A stretch of DNA of 64,000 bases from the NCBI GenBank assembly GCA_036676985.1, contig JAKFBU010000028.1, positions 27,664 through 91,663 on the forward strand, read 5' to 3'. This DNA is from Candidatus Sericytochromatia bacterium (GTDB lineage: Bacteria; Cyanobacteriota; Sericytochromatia; S15B-MN24; UBA4093). The translations under genes and the position numbers were made by a program. The notes below the pieces were generated by a model, which saw only the letters and a list, made by a program, of their open reading frames with translations, had not been told where the DNA came from and ran no database searches. Below, in pieces: positions 48,079-56,970 of this stretch (positions within the stretch are counted from its first letter, which is position 1; every line of letters begins with the position of its first letter).

Positions 48079-49146
48079 TTGTTCTCGCTTACGACTCTGG
48101 GTTGGGAGCCCTTCTTCTCCCGTTCCTTCGACCAACTCACCGAGCCGGACCTGGTGCCGGCCCGCATCACCGCCGATCACGGCGAGGCCTACACGGCCCT
48201 GTGCACGCACGGGGAGGTCGAGGCCCGCGTGACCGGGCGATTGCGCCATGCGGCCGTCTCGCGCGCCGACTGGCCGGCCGTCGGCGACTGGGTCGCCGTC
48301 ACGCTCTACAACGAGGGGGCCCAGGCCCTCGTCCATGACGTCCTGCCCCGCAAGAGCAAGTTCTCCCGCCAGGCGGCGGGCGATCGCACCGCCGAGCAGA
48401 TCGTGGCCGCCAACGTGGACACGCTCTTCCTGGTGACGGCCCTCAACCAGGACTTCAACCTGCGCCGGATCGAGCGCTATCTCGTCCTTGCGTGGGAGAG
48501 CGGGGCCTCGCCCGTCGTCGTCCTGACCAAGGCCGATCTCTGCCCCGACTGGCCCGCCCGGCTCGTCGAGGTGGAGGCCGTCGCCCTCGGCGCGCCCGTG
48601 CTCGCCGTGAGCGTTCGGGACGGCCAGGGGCTCGCGGAGGTCGCGGCGTACCTCCAGCCCGGCCGCACGGTGGCGCTCTTGGGCTCGTCCGGGGTCGGCA
48701 AGTCCTCGCTCATCAACCACTGGATGGGCGAGGAGCGCCAGGCCGTGCGGGAGGTGCGGGCCGACGACGACCGGGGGCGCCACACCACGACCCATCGCGA
48801 GCTCTTCGTCCTCTCCAACGGATCGCTCGTCATCGACACCCCGGGCATGCGCGAGCTCCAGCTCTGGGAGGCCGAGGAGGGGGTGGAGGCCGCCTTCGAG
48901 GACGTGCGGGCCCTCTCAGAGGCCTGTCGGTTCAAGGACTGCGGCCATGGCTCCGAGCCCGGCTGCGCGGTGCGGGCGGCCCTGGAGACGGGCGAGCTCA
49001 GCCCCGAGCGCTGGCGGAGCTACGACAAGGTGCGCCGGGAGGCGGCCTATCAGGCCCGCAAGGAGGACGTCCACGAGCAGCTCAAGGAGAAAGAGCGCTG
49101 GAAGTCGATCCACAAGCTGCAACGGCAGCTCTACAAGGATCGCTAA
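48079..49146 (+). CDS. rsgA: Ribosome small subunit-dependent GTPase
   Basis: AVGDWV, AANVD, TKAD, GSSGVGKS, GRHTTT, DTPG and CRFKDCGH..EPGC. Confidence 0.95.
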   Translation: MFSLTTLGWEPFFSRSFDQLTEPDLVPARITADHGEAYTALCTHGEVEARVTGRLRHAAVSRADWPAVGDWVAVTLYNEGAQALVHDVLPRKSKFSRQAAGDRTAEQIVAANVDTLFLVTALNQDFNLRRIERYLVLAWESGASPVVVLTKADLCPDWPARLVEVEAVALGAPVLAVSVRDGQGLAEVAAYLQPGRTVALLGSSGVGKSSLINHWMGEERQAVREVRADDDRGRHTTTHRELFVLSNGSLVIDTPGMRELQLWEAEEGVEAAFEDVRALSEACRFKDCGHGSEPGCAVRAALETGELSPERWRSYDKVRREAAYQARKEDVHEQLKEKERWKSIHKLQRQLYKDR

Positions 49147-49182
49147 CGAATGCGCCCCGGGCCATCGGCCCGGGGCGCTATC

Positions 49183-49380
49183 TTACGCGATCTTCGCCTC
49201 GTAGCCCTCTTCCTCGACGGCGGCGACCAGGGCCTTGGCGTCCGGATTGCCCTGCACCCGGGCCGTGCCCGACTCCAGATCGACGGCCACCTGCTCGACG
49301 CCGGGGACGGCCGCGAGGGCCTGGGTGACGTGCTTGACGCAGTTCTGGCAGGTCATGCCGGTGACGCTGAGTGTGACCAT
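49183..49380 (-). CDS. copZ: Heavy-metal/copper chaperone (HMA domain)
   Basis: GMTCQNCV, EEEGY; AAGGAGG RBS. Confidence 0.88.
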   Translation of the reverse strand: MVTLSVTGMTCQNCVKHVTQALAAVPGVEQVAVDLESGTARVQGNPDAKALVAAVEEEGYEAKIA

Positions 49381-49612
49381 GGGACTTCCTCCTTGTGGGC
49401 CGGGACGGTCCCTGATCATGCAATGAGCGAGCGGCATTGGGCAAGTCCGCCGCGGCGAGGGAACTTTCTCGCCCCGCGCACAGTCGACATGACAGACGGA
49501 AAGGACGTGTCATGCTCGAAACGCTGGTGATGGCCGGACTCGGAACGCTCCTGCTGGGGCGCGCGATCGCCCGGCGTCGGGCCCTGGCGCCCGTGCCGGT
49601 CCGGATCCGCCG

Positions 49613-49858
49613 CTAGTGCTGGACGTCGGGATCGGACGGCGGCAGCAGATCGGTCCGGGCTTGTCGGGGGACTCGCGGGTGGCTCAGGCGGAGGGTGTCT
49701 CCGGCCAGGTGCAGCTCCGGGTCCCCTTCTTCTTCCGCGGAGAGCGCGCGGGCTGCGACGTAAAGGGCATGGCGGCCGCCGCCCCCACCCTGGTTGGATG
49801 CTTCGTGACCGATGATGCCGTTCGCGAAGCGTGCAAAGGCGTCGAACATGGTCGTCAC
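49613..49858 (-). CDS. Small hypothetical protein
   Basis: AAGGAGG RBS (start may be ATG 49849); no recognisable domain. Confidence 0.5.
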   Translation of the reverse strand: MTTMFDAFARFANGIIGHEASNQGGGGGRHALYVAARALSAEEEGDPELHLAGDTLRLSHPRVPRQARTDLLPPSDPDVQH

Positions 49859-49982
49859 CTCCTTCCGAGGGCATTATCCCCGTTGTCAAGCGGAAACTGC
49901 CGCGTTTTGGATTAGAAATCTCCCAGCCACGCCCGTGAAAAAGCGCCCCGCGGATCGATCCGCGGGGCGCCAACGGTGTCGG

Positions 49983-50276
49983 CTAGGGATTCTGGACGGA
50001 CGACTCTTCCTGGCCGCCCTCGGCGTCGCGCCGCAGCAGCAGCTCGAGCTTCTCTCGGCTGCGATCCGTGGAGCTGGTCGTGATGCCGATCAGCAAGTTC
50101 AGCGGCATGATGTTGTGGGCGACGACGTTCTCTTCCTCGTCGCAGGCGTCGAACTCGACGTAGTCGACCCCGACCCGGGTCAGCCGGGCCAGGTAGTAGT
50201 TGTTGGAAGGAGCGAAGTAGAGTTCGACAAGCTCGCCGTCATCCTTCAGTCGGCTCAGGCGATCGCGTAGGTGCAT
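49983..50276 (-). CDS. Small hypothetical protein (SH3/Sm-like beta pattern)
   Basis: AAGGAGG RBS before ATG 50276; VELYF..YLARLTRVGVDYVEF. Confidence 0.65.
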   Translation of the reverse strand: MHLRDRLSRLKDDGELVELYFAPSNNYYLARLTRVGVDYVEFDACDEEENVVAHNIMPLNLLIGITTSSTDRSREKLELLLRRDAEGGQEESSVQNP

Positions 50277-50471
50277 GGCGTCTACCTCCTTGTCAGCAGG
50301 CGGGAAGGTATCCTCCACCGTGGGATCGGTAGCCCTCTTATTCCCGAAACCCTCTCCAATTATCCTCCGCGCCCCTCCTGGGGCCCGCGCGGGACCCCGC
50401 GGCCGAACCTTGTGGCCCCCCGCGGGCGGGAGCCATAATCGAGGCGCCCCACCACCCCAAAGGAGGTCGCG

Positions 50472-50726
50472 ATGCGGCGCAGGGAGTACGAACTGGAGAA
50501 GCGGATCCCCGAGCTCATGGGCCCGCCCCCCGGATCCGAGCAGCTGGTGCTCGTCCAGATCGACGACTCGCACTTCGGCTGGCATCTGGAGCAGGAGGGG
50601 CGCGTCATCGCGCCGGATCAAGCCTCACCGGCTTGGCAACGCTACATGGACGACGCCTTCTGCAAGCTCGGCCGCATGCCCGGGACCGGAGTGGCCATGG
50701 CGGCCGGTCAGAAGCATCGGGGCTAG
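50472..50726 (+). CDS. Small hypothetical protein
   Basis: AAAGGAGG RBS; host codon use. Confidence 0.6.
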   Translation: MRRREYELEKRIPELMGPPPGSEQLVLVQIDDSHFGWHLEQEGRVIAPDQASPAWQRYMDDAFCKLGRMPGTGVAMAAGQKHRG

Positions 50727-50902
50727 GAGCCGTCTACACGGGATCTTCGCCAGATCTTAACGTCACTTTTCCGTTAACGAGGCGATAATCCTCCTAAGGT
50801 CCTAAGAGGGCCTAACAAAACTGTTCCACCGAGCCGCCGGTAGGCGGCCAACGACGACACAAGCCTGGTTTTGTTAGGTGCTCTTGATCTGGAGGAGGTC
50901 CC

Positions 50903-52234
50903 GTGCTTCGCTCGGCTCGCGCACTGATCGCCATGACGATCGCCACCCTGATGGGGGTGTCGACCGGCTGCGGTCTTGCGCCCAACGCGAGCGTCAGCCC
51001 CGGGGCCAACCGCATCAGCCAGTCCCAGGGCGCCATGGCGGGCACCTACTCGACCCGCCGGGTGGTCGTCACCTACAAGTCCGGCGGCGCCGACCGCGCC
51101 AAGGGAGCCCTGAGCCGGATGGGCCTGCGCATGGTCAACGACATGCCCCAGCTGGGCTTGAGCGTGCTCGCCCTGCCGGCTTCGGCCAACCGCTCGACGG
51201 TCCTCGCCTCCATCGCCGCCCAGGCCGACGTGGCCTCGGTCGAGCCCGACTCCCGCGTGCGCCTCAACTACCGCCCCCAGGATCCCGACCTGCTCGTCGG
51301 TCGCCTCGGCGGCGAGTACGACGCCTTCCGCTCGCAACTCTACAAGGCCTGGGACATCACCCGGGGCGATCGCCGCCTGGTGGTGGCCGTCGTCGACACC
51401 GGCGTGGACCTGACGCACCCCGAGCTGCGCGACCACCTGGTGCCGGGCAAGAACTTCGTGACGCAGGTCGAGGCCGAGGGCGAGGATGGCACCAGCCAGC
51501 TCGTCGACCTCAAGGACAACGGCCCCATGGACGACAACGGCCACGGGACCCACGTGGCGGGCATCATCGCCGCCGGCGAGAACCAGATGGGCATGACGGG
51601 CATCGCCCCCATGGTCAGCATCATGCCGATCAAGACCCTCGCCTACAACGAGAGCGGCTTCTCCTCGGACGTGGCCAACGGCGTCATCTGGGCCGTCGAC
51701 CACGGCGCGCGGGTCATCAACATGAGCCTGGGCGCCTACGGCGGCTCCAAGGCCCTCGAGAAGGCCGTCGCCTACGCCCAGTCCAAGGGTGCCGTCGTCG
51801 TGGCGGCCATGGGCAACGACCGCGACGATCCGGACCGCAACTACGGCGAGAGCCCCAGCTACCCGGCGGCCTTGCCCGGCGTCATCGCCGTGGGCGCCAC
51901 GGACGCCGCCGACAAGTCCGCCTACTTCTCGAACGCCGGCCGCTGGATCTCGGTCTCGGCGCCGGGCGACAGCATCTACTCGACCACCCCGACCCAGCCG
52001 GTGCGGGGCGGCCACGTGAGCCAGGACTACGACTACATGAGCGGTACCTCGATGGCCACGCCCGTGGTCTCGGGCGTCATCGCCCTGATGCTCAGCCTCA
52101 CGCCCAACCTCACCCCCGCCCAGGTCAAGAGCCGCCTGGAGCAGACCGCGGACGACGTGGCCGTCCCCGGCTTCGATACGGCGACCGGCCGCGGCCGCGT
52201 GAACCCCTTCCGCGCCCTGGGCGGATCCAACTAG
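50903..52234 (+). CDS. S8 subtilisin-like serine protease, lipoprotein
   Basis: STGC lipobox; AVVDTG, HGTHVAG and SGTSMATP. Confidence 0.93.
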   Translation: MLRSARALIAMTIATLMGVSTGCGLAPNASVSPGANRISQSQGAMAGTYSTRRVVVTYKSGGADRAKGALSRMGLRMVNDMPQLGLSVLALPASANRSTVLASIAAQADVASVEPDSRVRLNYRPQDPDLLVGRLGGEYDAFRSQLYKAWDITRGDRRLVVAVVDTGVDLTHPELRDHLVPGKNFVTQVEAEGEDGTSQLVDLKDNGPMDDNGHGTHVAGIIAAGENQMGMTGIAPMVSIMPIKTLAYNESGFSSDVANGVIWAVDHGARVINMSLGAYGGSKALEKAVAYAQSKGAVVVAAMGNDRDDPDRNYGESPSYPAALPGVIAVGATDAADKSAYFSNAGRWISVSAPGDSIYSTTPTQPVRGGHVSQDYDYMSGTSMATPVVSGVIALMLSLTPNLTPAQVKSRLEQTADDVAVPGFDTATGRGRVNPFRALGGSN

Positions 52235-52451
52235 TCGACAACCCTCCCTAGAGCCTAGCCGCAGGCGCTGTTGCTGCCGGAACGAGCGCCCGGACTCCCA
52301 TCGGGAGCCGACCGGCGCCCTCCCAAGATTGCCATGGCCCCCTGACGGTGACGCTCGCTGCCCATTCGAGCGTCCAAGCGTGCGTTGAATCCGCTCGCGA
52401 GCCTTCGCTATCATGCTGCTCCCCTGAACGGGGACACGAGAGGAGGGTTGC

Positions 52452-52790
52452 ATGCGCGCACGCACGCTCGGAGCGCTCATGGCCGCCACCGCCGTCATGC
52501 TGTCGGGCTGCCAGCCCTCCGACGGCGGGGGCGGCGGCACGCAGCAGGCCCCCGGTTACGACAAGAACGACCAGCCGGCCGTCAACAAGCTCGGGACCCC
52601 CGAGCCCCCCATCGAGGGTGGCCGGGTGGGCCGCGAGGCGGAAGGGCCCAACCGGGGCGCGCACGGCAATCCGCCCCCCGAGGGCTACCGCGGGTCAGGG
52701 AGTCAGTACAACCCGCCCCCGGCGCCCATCTTGAAGAAGCAGAAGGTTGGAACCTCGCCGGCGCCGAGGACTCCGCCTTCTTCACGATAG
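52452..52790 (+). CDS. Small Gly/Pro-rich lipoprotein
   Basis: AGGAGG RBS; LSGC lipobox; disordered body. Confidence 0.65.
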   Translation: MRARTLGALMAATAVMLSGCQPSDGGGGGTQQAPGYDKNDQPAVNKLGTPEPPIEGGRVGREAEGPNRGAHGNPPPEGYRGSGSQYNPPPAPILKKQKVGTSPAPRTPPSSR

Positions 52791-52978
52791 CCAAACGCCC
52801 GTCACACGGGGAGTGGGGCTTCCCCATTCGCTTGCCTTGGGCTATACTTGGGCCTTGTTTCGCAGGGGGCCCTTCTTGGCCTCCTGATGGAGGACCTCCT
52901 ACGGCGCCGATGCTGTCGTGGTACGGAGGACGCCGATCGTTGCCGATCGGGCGCCAAGTACGATGGGAGGTTCATCTC

Positions 52979-53149
52979 ATGGATCGTTCGACCGTTCAAG
53001 ATATCACCGCCACGCCGCGCGCTTGCCTGACCCCCGATCAGGTCGAGGCGATCGCCCGCCAGCAGACGGGCCGCCACCAGCCCGACCTCATGCGCCTGCA
53101 GCAGGGCACCGGCGAGCTGAAGCGCCCGAACGGCGCCATCGAGCGCTAG
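52979..53149 (+). CDS. Small hypothetical protein
   Basis: GGAGG RBS; 56 aa. Confidence 0.45.
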   Translation: MDRSTVQDITATPRACLTPDQVEAIARQQTGRHQPDLMRLQQGTGELKRPNGAIER

Positions 53150-53253
53150 ACCGCACCTCGAGGCGGGCACGTTCCGCAGCGCCCGGCGGGTGGTAAAATA
53201 AGTCCGGGTCGGGACCTCCCGACCTGGCTTCCTTCCCGCCGTCTGGAGCGCCC

Positions 53254-54864
53254 ATGACCGCCACCCCGCCACCGATCCCGGGCAAGATATTCCAGCTCAA
53301 CCAGGAGCGCGCGGACATCGTGCGCGAGGTGGTGGAGCGCGAATACGCGCGCAAGGCCGCCACCGAGGCCAGCCTCGAGCTCGCCATCAACGACACGGCC
53401 TTCACCGAGATCGCGCGCCTGGAGGGCTCCCGCAAGAACCCGGCCCTCGAGACGTGGCGCGAGCTGTACCGGACGCTCGGCCGCAAGCCCCTCGCCGAGA
53501 AGCAGGCCATCCTCAAGCGCCTCCTGGAGACGGCCGCCCTCGACATCGTCGGCAACTTCGACCCGCGGGTCTACGACTTCGCCACGCGGATGGTCCCCTA
53601 CGGGCTCAGCTACATCCTGCGCCCGCAGCACCGGGGACCCAACCTCACCTCGCGGCTCGCCGAGCGCATCCAGGCCACGGGCCACGTGGAGACCCTGCGC
53701 CGCCTCGCCGAGAAGGGCACCGTCATCCTGGTGCCCACCCACTCGAGCAACCTCGATTCGGTGGTCATCGGCTACGCCCTCTTCGAGCTCGGGCTGCCGC
53801 CCTTCACCTACGGCGCGGGCAAGAACCTCTTCACCAACTTCCTCTTATCCTTCTTCATGCAGAACCTGGGGGCCTACAAGGTCGATCGCCGGCTGACCTA
53901 CACCCTCTACAAGGACGTCCTCAAGGCCTACTCGACGGTCCTCCTCGAGCGGGGCTACCACTCCTTGTTCTTCCCGGGCGGCGGCCGCAGCCGGTCCAAC
54001 GCCGTCGAGTCCAAGCTCAAGCTGGGCCTGATGGGCACGGGCCTCGCCGCTTACATCAACAACCTCAAGGCGGGCAAGCCCAACCCCGAGGTCTACATCG
54101 TCCCCGCCACCATCAACTACCACCTGGTGCTCGAGGCCGAGACGCTCATCGACGACCAGCTCCAGAAGGTGGGCAAGTCGCGCTACATCATCGAGGACGA
54201 CGAGTCGGCCCAGGCGCGGCGCGTCTGGGACTTCGTGCGCCAGATGCTCAAGCTGGACATGTCCATGGTCATCCAGTTCGGCGAGCCGCTCGATCCCTTC
54301 GGCAACCGGGTGGACGAAAACGGCGTGAGCCGGGACATGCGCGGCCGCCCCATCGACCTGCGCAAGTACGTCGAGGTGGACGGCGTGCCCGAGCACCGCG
54401 CCCAGCGCGACGCCGAGTACACGCGCGAGCTGGGCGCGGCCATCGTCGAGAGCTACCGGAAGAACACGGTGGTGCTCGTGACGCCCCTGGTCGCCTTCGC
54501 CCTCTTCGAGCTCGCCAAGCGGGACCACCCGCACCTGGACCTCTTCCAGCTGCTGCGCCTGCCCGAGGACACGACGATTCCGCTCGCGACCCTCTACGAG
54601 ACCCTCGACAGCCTGCGTGCCCGCTTGCGGGAGCTGGCGGACCGGGGCGGCCTCCTCCTCGGTCCGGACGTCATGCGTCTCTCCACCGAGGCGATCGTGG
54701 AGAAGGCGCTCAAGATCTTCGGCATGTACCACAAGCGCCCGCTGGCCGTCCGGGAGGGCAGCGCGGTGCGCCTGGTGGACCTCAAGGTCCTCCTCTACTA
54801 CCACAACCGCCTGACGGGATACGGCCTCGAGGCGGCGCTCACGCCCTCGGAGGTGCAGGCATGA
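53254..54864 (+). CDS. Glycerol-3-phosphate acyltransferase (PlsB-like)
   Basis: PTHSSNLD (HxxxxD), AGKNL, FPGGGRSRS and KLGL; overlaps gpsA. Confidence 0.85.
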   Translation: MTATPPPIPGKIFQLNQERADIVREVVEREYARKAATEASLELAINDTAFTEIARLEGSRKNPALETWRELYRTLGRKPLAEKQAILKRLLETAALDIVGNFDPRVYDFATRMVPYGLSYILRPQHRGPNLTSRLAERIQATGHVETLRRLAEKGTVILVPTHSSNLDSVVIGYALFELGLPPFTYGAGKNLFTNFLLSFFMQNLGAYKVDRRLTYTLYKDVLKAYSTVLLERGYHSLFFPGGGRSRSNAVESKLKLGLMGTGLAAYINNLKAGKPNPEVYIVPATINYHLVLEAETLIDDQLQKVGKSRYIIEDDESAQARRVWDFVRQMLKLDMSMVIQFGEPLDPFGNRVDENGVSRDMRGRPIDLRKYVEVDGVPEHRAQRDAEYTRELGAAIVESYRKNTVVLVTPLVAFALFELAKRDHPHLDLFQLLRLPEDTTIPLATLYETLDSLRARLRELADRGGLLLGPDVMRLSTEAIVEKALKIFGMYHKRPLAVREGSAVRLVDLKVLLYYHNRLTGYGLEAALTPSEVQA

Positions 54865-55889
54865 CCCACGGCGTCTCGGTCATCGGCGGCGGCTCCTGGG
54901 GCACCATCGTCGCGCACCTCATCGCGGAGAACGGCCACCCGGTCAAGCTCTACATGCGCGACGCCGACCAGGCCGCGGAGCTCAACGCCACGCGCCGCAA
55001 CGGGCGCTACCTGCCCGGCGTCGAGCTGAGCTCCCGCCTGATGGCGACGGCCTCCCTGGAGGATGCGGGCCGGGACGCCCAGACCCTCTTTCTCATGGTG
55101 CCGAGCCACTCCCTGCGTGAGGTGGCCCGGGAGCTGGGTGATCACCTGGACGGCGGCCGGGTGCTCATCCACGGCGTCAAGGGCCTCGAGCCTGGCAGCT
55201 TCAAGCGCATGAGCCAGGTGCTGCGGGAGGAGACGAGCTGCCGCAAGATCGGCGTGCTCTCCGGGCCGAACCTGGCCAAGGAGGTCTCGGCGGGTCATCC
55301 CTCGGCGAGCGTCATCGCCTCGGCCTTCCAGGAGGTCATCGACGCGGGGACGTCCCTGCTCAAGTGCAAGAACTTCCGGGTCTATGGCAACGACGACGTG
55401 ATCGGCACGGAGCTCGGCGGGTCCTTGAAGAACATCATGGCGATCGCCGCGGGCCTCGCCCACGGCCTCGGCTTCGGGGACAACACCAAGGCGCTCCTGC
55501 TCACGCGGGGCCTCGCGGAGATGACGCGCCTCGGCACCCATCTGGGTGCGCAGCCGCAGACCTTCGCGGGACTCTCGGGCATCGGTGACCTCATGGCGAC
55601 CTGCTTCAGCCCTCTGTCGCGCAACTACCAGGTGGGCTTCCGGCTCGCCAAGGGCGAGGCCCTGGAGGCCATCACCTCCGACCTGAACCAGGTGGCCGAG
55701 GGCGTGCGGACCACCCGCACCGTGGCCGAGCATGCCCGCCTCGAGGGCATCTACATGCCCATCACCACGGGCGTGTACCGGGTGCTCTTCGAGGGCGCCA
55801 CGCCCGTCGAGGCCCTCAAGGGTCTCCTGGACGAGGGCCGCAACCCCAAAGAACAGGACGCTCCGCGGCGCGACATCTCGATCCTCTGA
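54861..55889 (+). CDS. gpsA: NAD(P)H-dependent glycerol-3-phosphate dehydrogenase
   Basis: IGGGSWGT, SGPNLA.E, LKNIMAIAAG, GLSGIGDL.ATC.S..SRN and AEG. Confidence 0.95.
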   Translation: MTHGVSVIGGGSWGTIVAHLIAENGHPVKLYMRDADQAAELNATRRNGRYLPGVELSSRLMATASLEDAGRDAQTLFLMVPSHSLREVARELGDHLDGGRVLIHGVKGLEPGSFKRMSQVLREETSCRKIGVLSGPNLAKEVSAGHPSASVIASAFQEVIDAGTSLLKCKNFRVYGNDDVIGTELGGSLKNIMAIAAGLAHGLGFGDNTKALLLTRGLAEMTRLGTHLGAQPQTFAGLSGIGDLMATCFSPLSRNYQVGFRLAKGEALEAITSDLNQVAEGVRTTRTVAEHARLEGIYMPITTGVYRVLFEGATPVEALKGLLDEGRNPKEQDAPRRDISIL

Positions 55890-56698
55890 TGCGTCGTCCT
55901 CACGGCCATCCGGATCTCGAGCCTGTGATGCGGCCTCCCCACAACCATCCGTTCGTCTTGAGCCAGGTCGAAAGGCGAACGGTTCCTTATTCCCTCGTCG
56001 TGGCGCTCATCTTCGGTCTCGCGGCCGGTCCGGCGCATGCCTTCAGCAACGAGTACCGCGTCGGCGCGTTCGAGAACGTCCACGGCCACGGGGAACTGGT
56101 GCGGCGCGCGGCCGCGGGTACGCCCTTCGAGTCGCGGGCCGAGGCCCTGGTGCTCGCTCAGCGCGAGGCGGACTTTCCCGGCGCCGGCCCGGACATGGGC
56201 CTGGTGGACTGGTGGCGGGCGCTCGTAGCGGGCTACGAGACGGCCGAGATGAAGAAGCACTTCCTGCGCTGGTACTCGGGGCTTCCGGCCTGGCGGGCCG
56301 CGACGCAACCGCTCGAGACGGACTGGGCGGAGGCGGTGGGCTACATCCGGAGCGAGCTCCTGGCCGCCTATCGCGGGCCCGCGGAGGCCGAGGTCGGCCC
56401 GCTGGGGCGCGCCCTGCACGCCCTCCAGGACTCGTACTCGACGGCTCATGTGGAGCGCACGGCCAGCGGGCGCATCCGCACCATGGCCTATTACCCCGCC
56501 CGGGACGGCCATGGGCTGGTCGATGGTCGGGACGTCCTCCTCTCGGCGGCGGGGGATCTCAAGCCGGAGGCCGCCCAGGCGGTCGTGGCCTCGCGCGACC
56601 TGCTCATGGGCTATGCGGAGGCGCGCACCCGGGACGCAGCGGCCTTCGAGCGCTGGGTCGAGTCCTTCATCGAGCGCTATCTGGCGTTGGATAAATAG
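55889..56698 (+). CDS. Exported protein with Zn-phospholipase C / HET-C-like His motif
   Basis: Signal peptide ending AHA; HGHG; LGRALHALQDSYSTAH; TGATG overlap with gpsA (alternative ATG at 55928). Confidence 0.65.
   Translation: MRRPHGHPDLEPVMRPPHNHPFVLSQVERRTVPYSLVVALIFGLAAGPAHAFSNEYRVGAFENVHGHGELVRRAAAGTPFESRAEALVLAQREADFPGAGPDMGLVDWWRALVAGYETAEMKKHFLRWYSGLPAWRAATQPLETDWAEAVGYIRSELLAAYRGPAEAEVGPLGRALHALQDSYSTAHVERTASGRIRTMAYYPARDGHGLVDGRDVLLSAAGDLKPEAAQAVVASRDLLMGYAEARTRDAAAFERWVESFIERYLALDK
55938..55987 (-). repeat. Dispersed ~50-bp palindromic repeat copy (inside the 5' end of the CDS)
   Basis: Near-exact reverse complement of 44461-44510. Confidence 0.85.
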
Positions 56699-56786
56699 GG
56701 AGGACCCCCCCTAACCCCCCCTCTAGAGGGGGGGCCCGCGGGGTGTGTTGCGCCGTCTGCTTTCGTTGCGGTGATCGCGGCTCCGT

Positions 56787-56840
56787 GAGACCCACGACAA
56801 ATCCGTTCACACGGAGGCTCTCGAAGTGCGAACGGTTCCT
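56787..56840 (-). repeat. Dispersed ~50-bp palindromic repeat copy
   Basis: gagacccacgacaaatccgttcacacggaggctctcgaagtgcgaacggttcct resembles the reverse complement of 16041-16094. Confidence 0.8.
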
Positions 56841-56844
56841 CAGA

Positions 56845-56888
56845 ACCCCCGACAGCCCCGGCCATTGCTGGCCGGGGCTGTCGGGGGT
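56845..56888. terminator. Long GC hairpin
   Basis: acccccgacagccccggcca-ttgc-tggccggggctgtcgggggt. Confidence 0.6.
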
Positions 56889-56970
56889 GTGCTCAGAGAG
56901 GTTGCCCTTTGCCCCAGGGTAGACGCGGCAACCGTGCGCCTACCCGTGTCCCACCGCTCGTGCGGTGACG

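Noticed and set aside
53454-54860. N-terminal extension of gpsA (811-aa ORF) suggesting a fusion
   Set aside because: Off-frame overlap with the acyltransferase; gpsA has its own GGAGG and ATG at 54861
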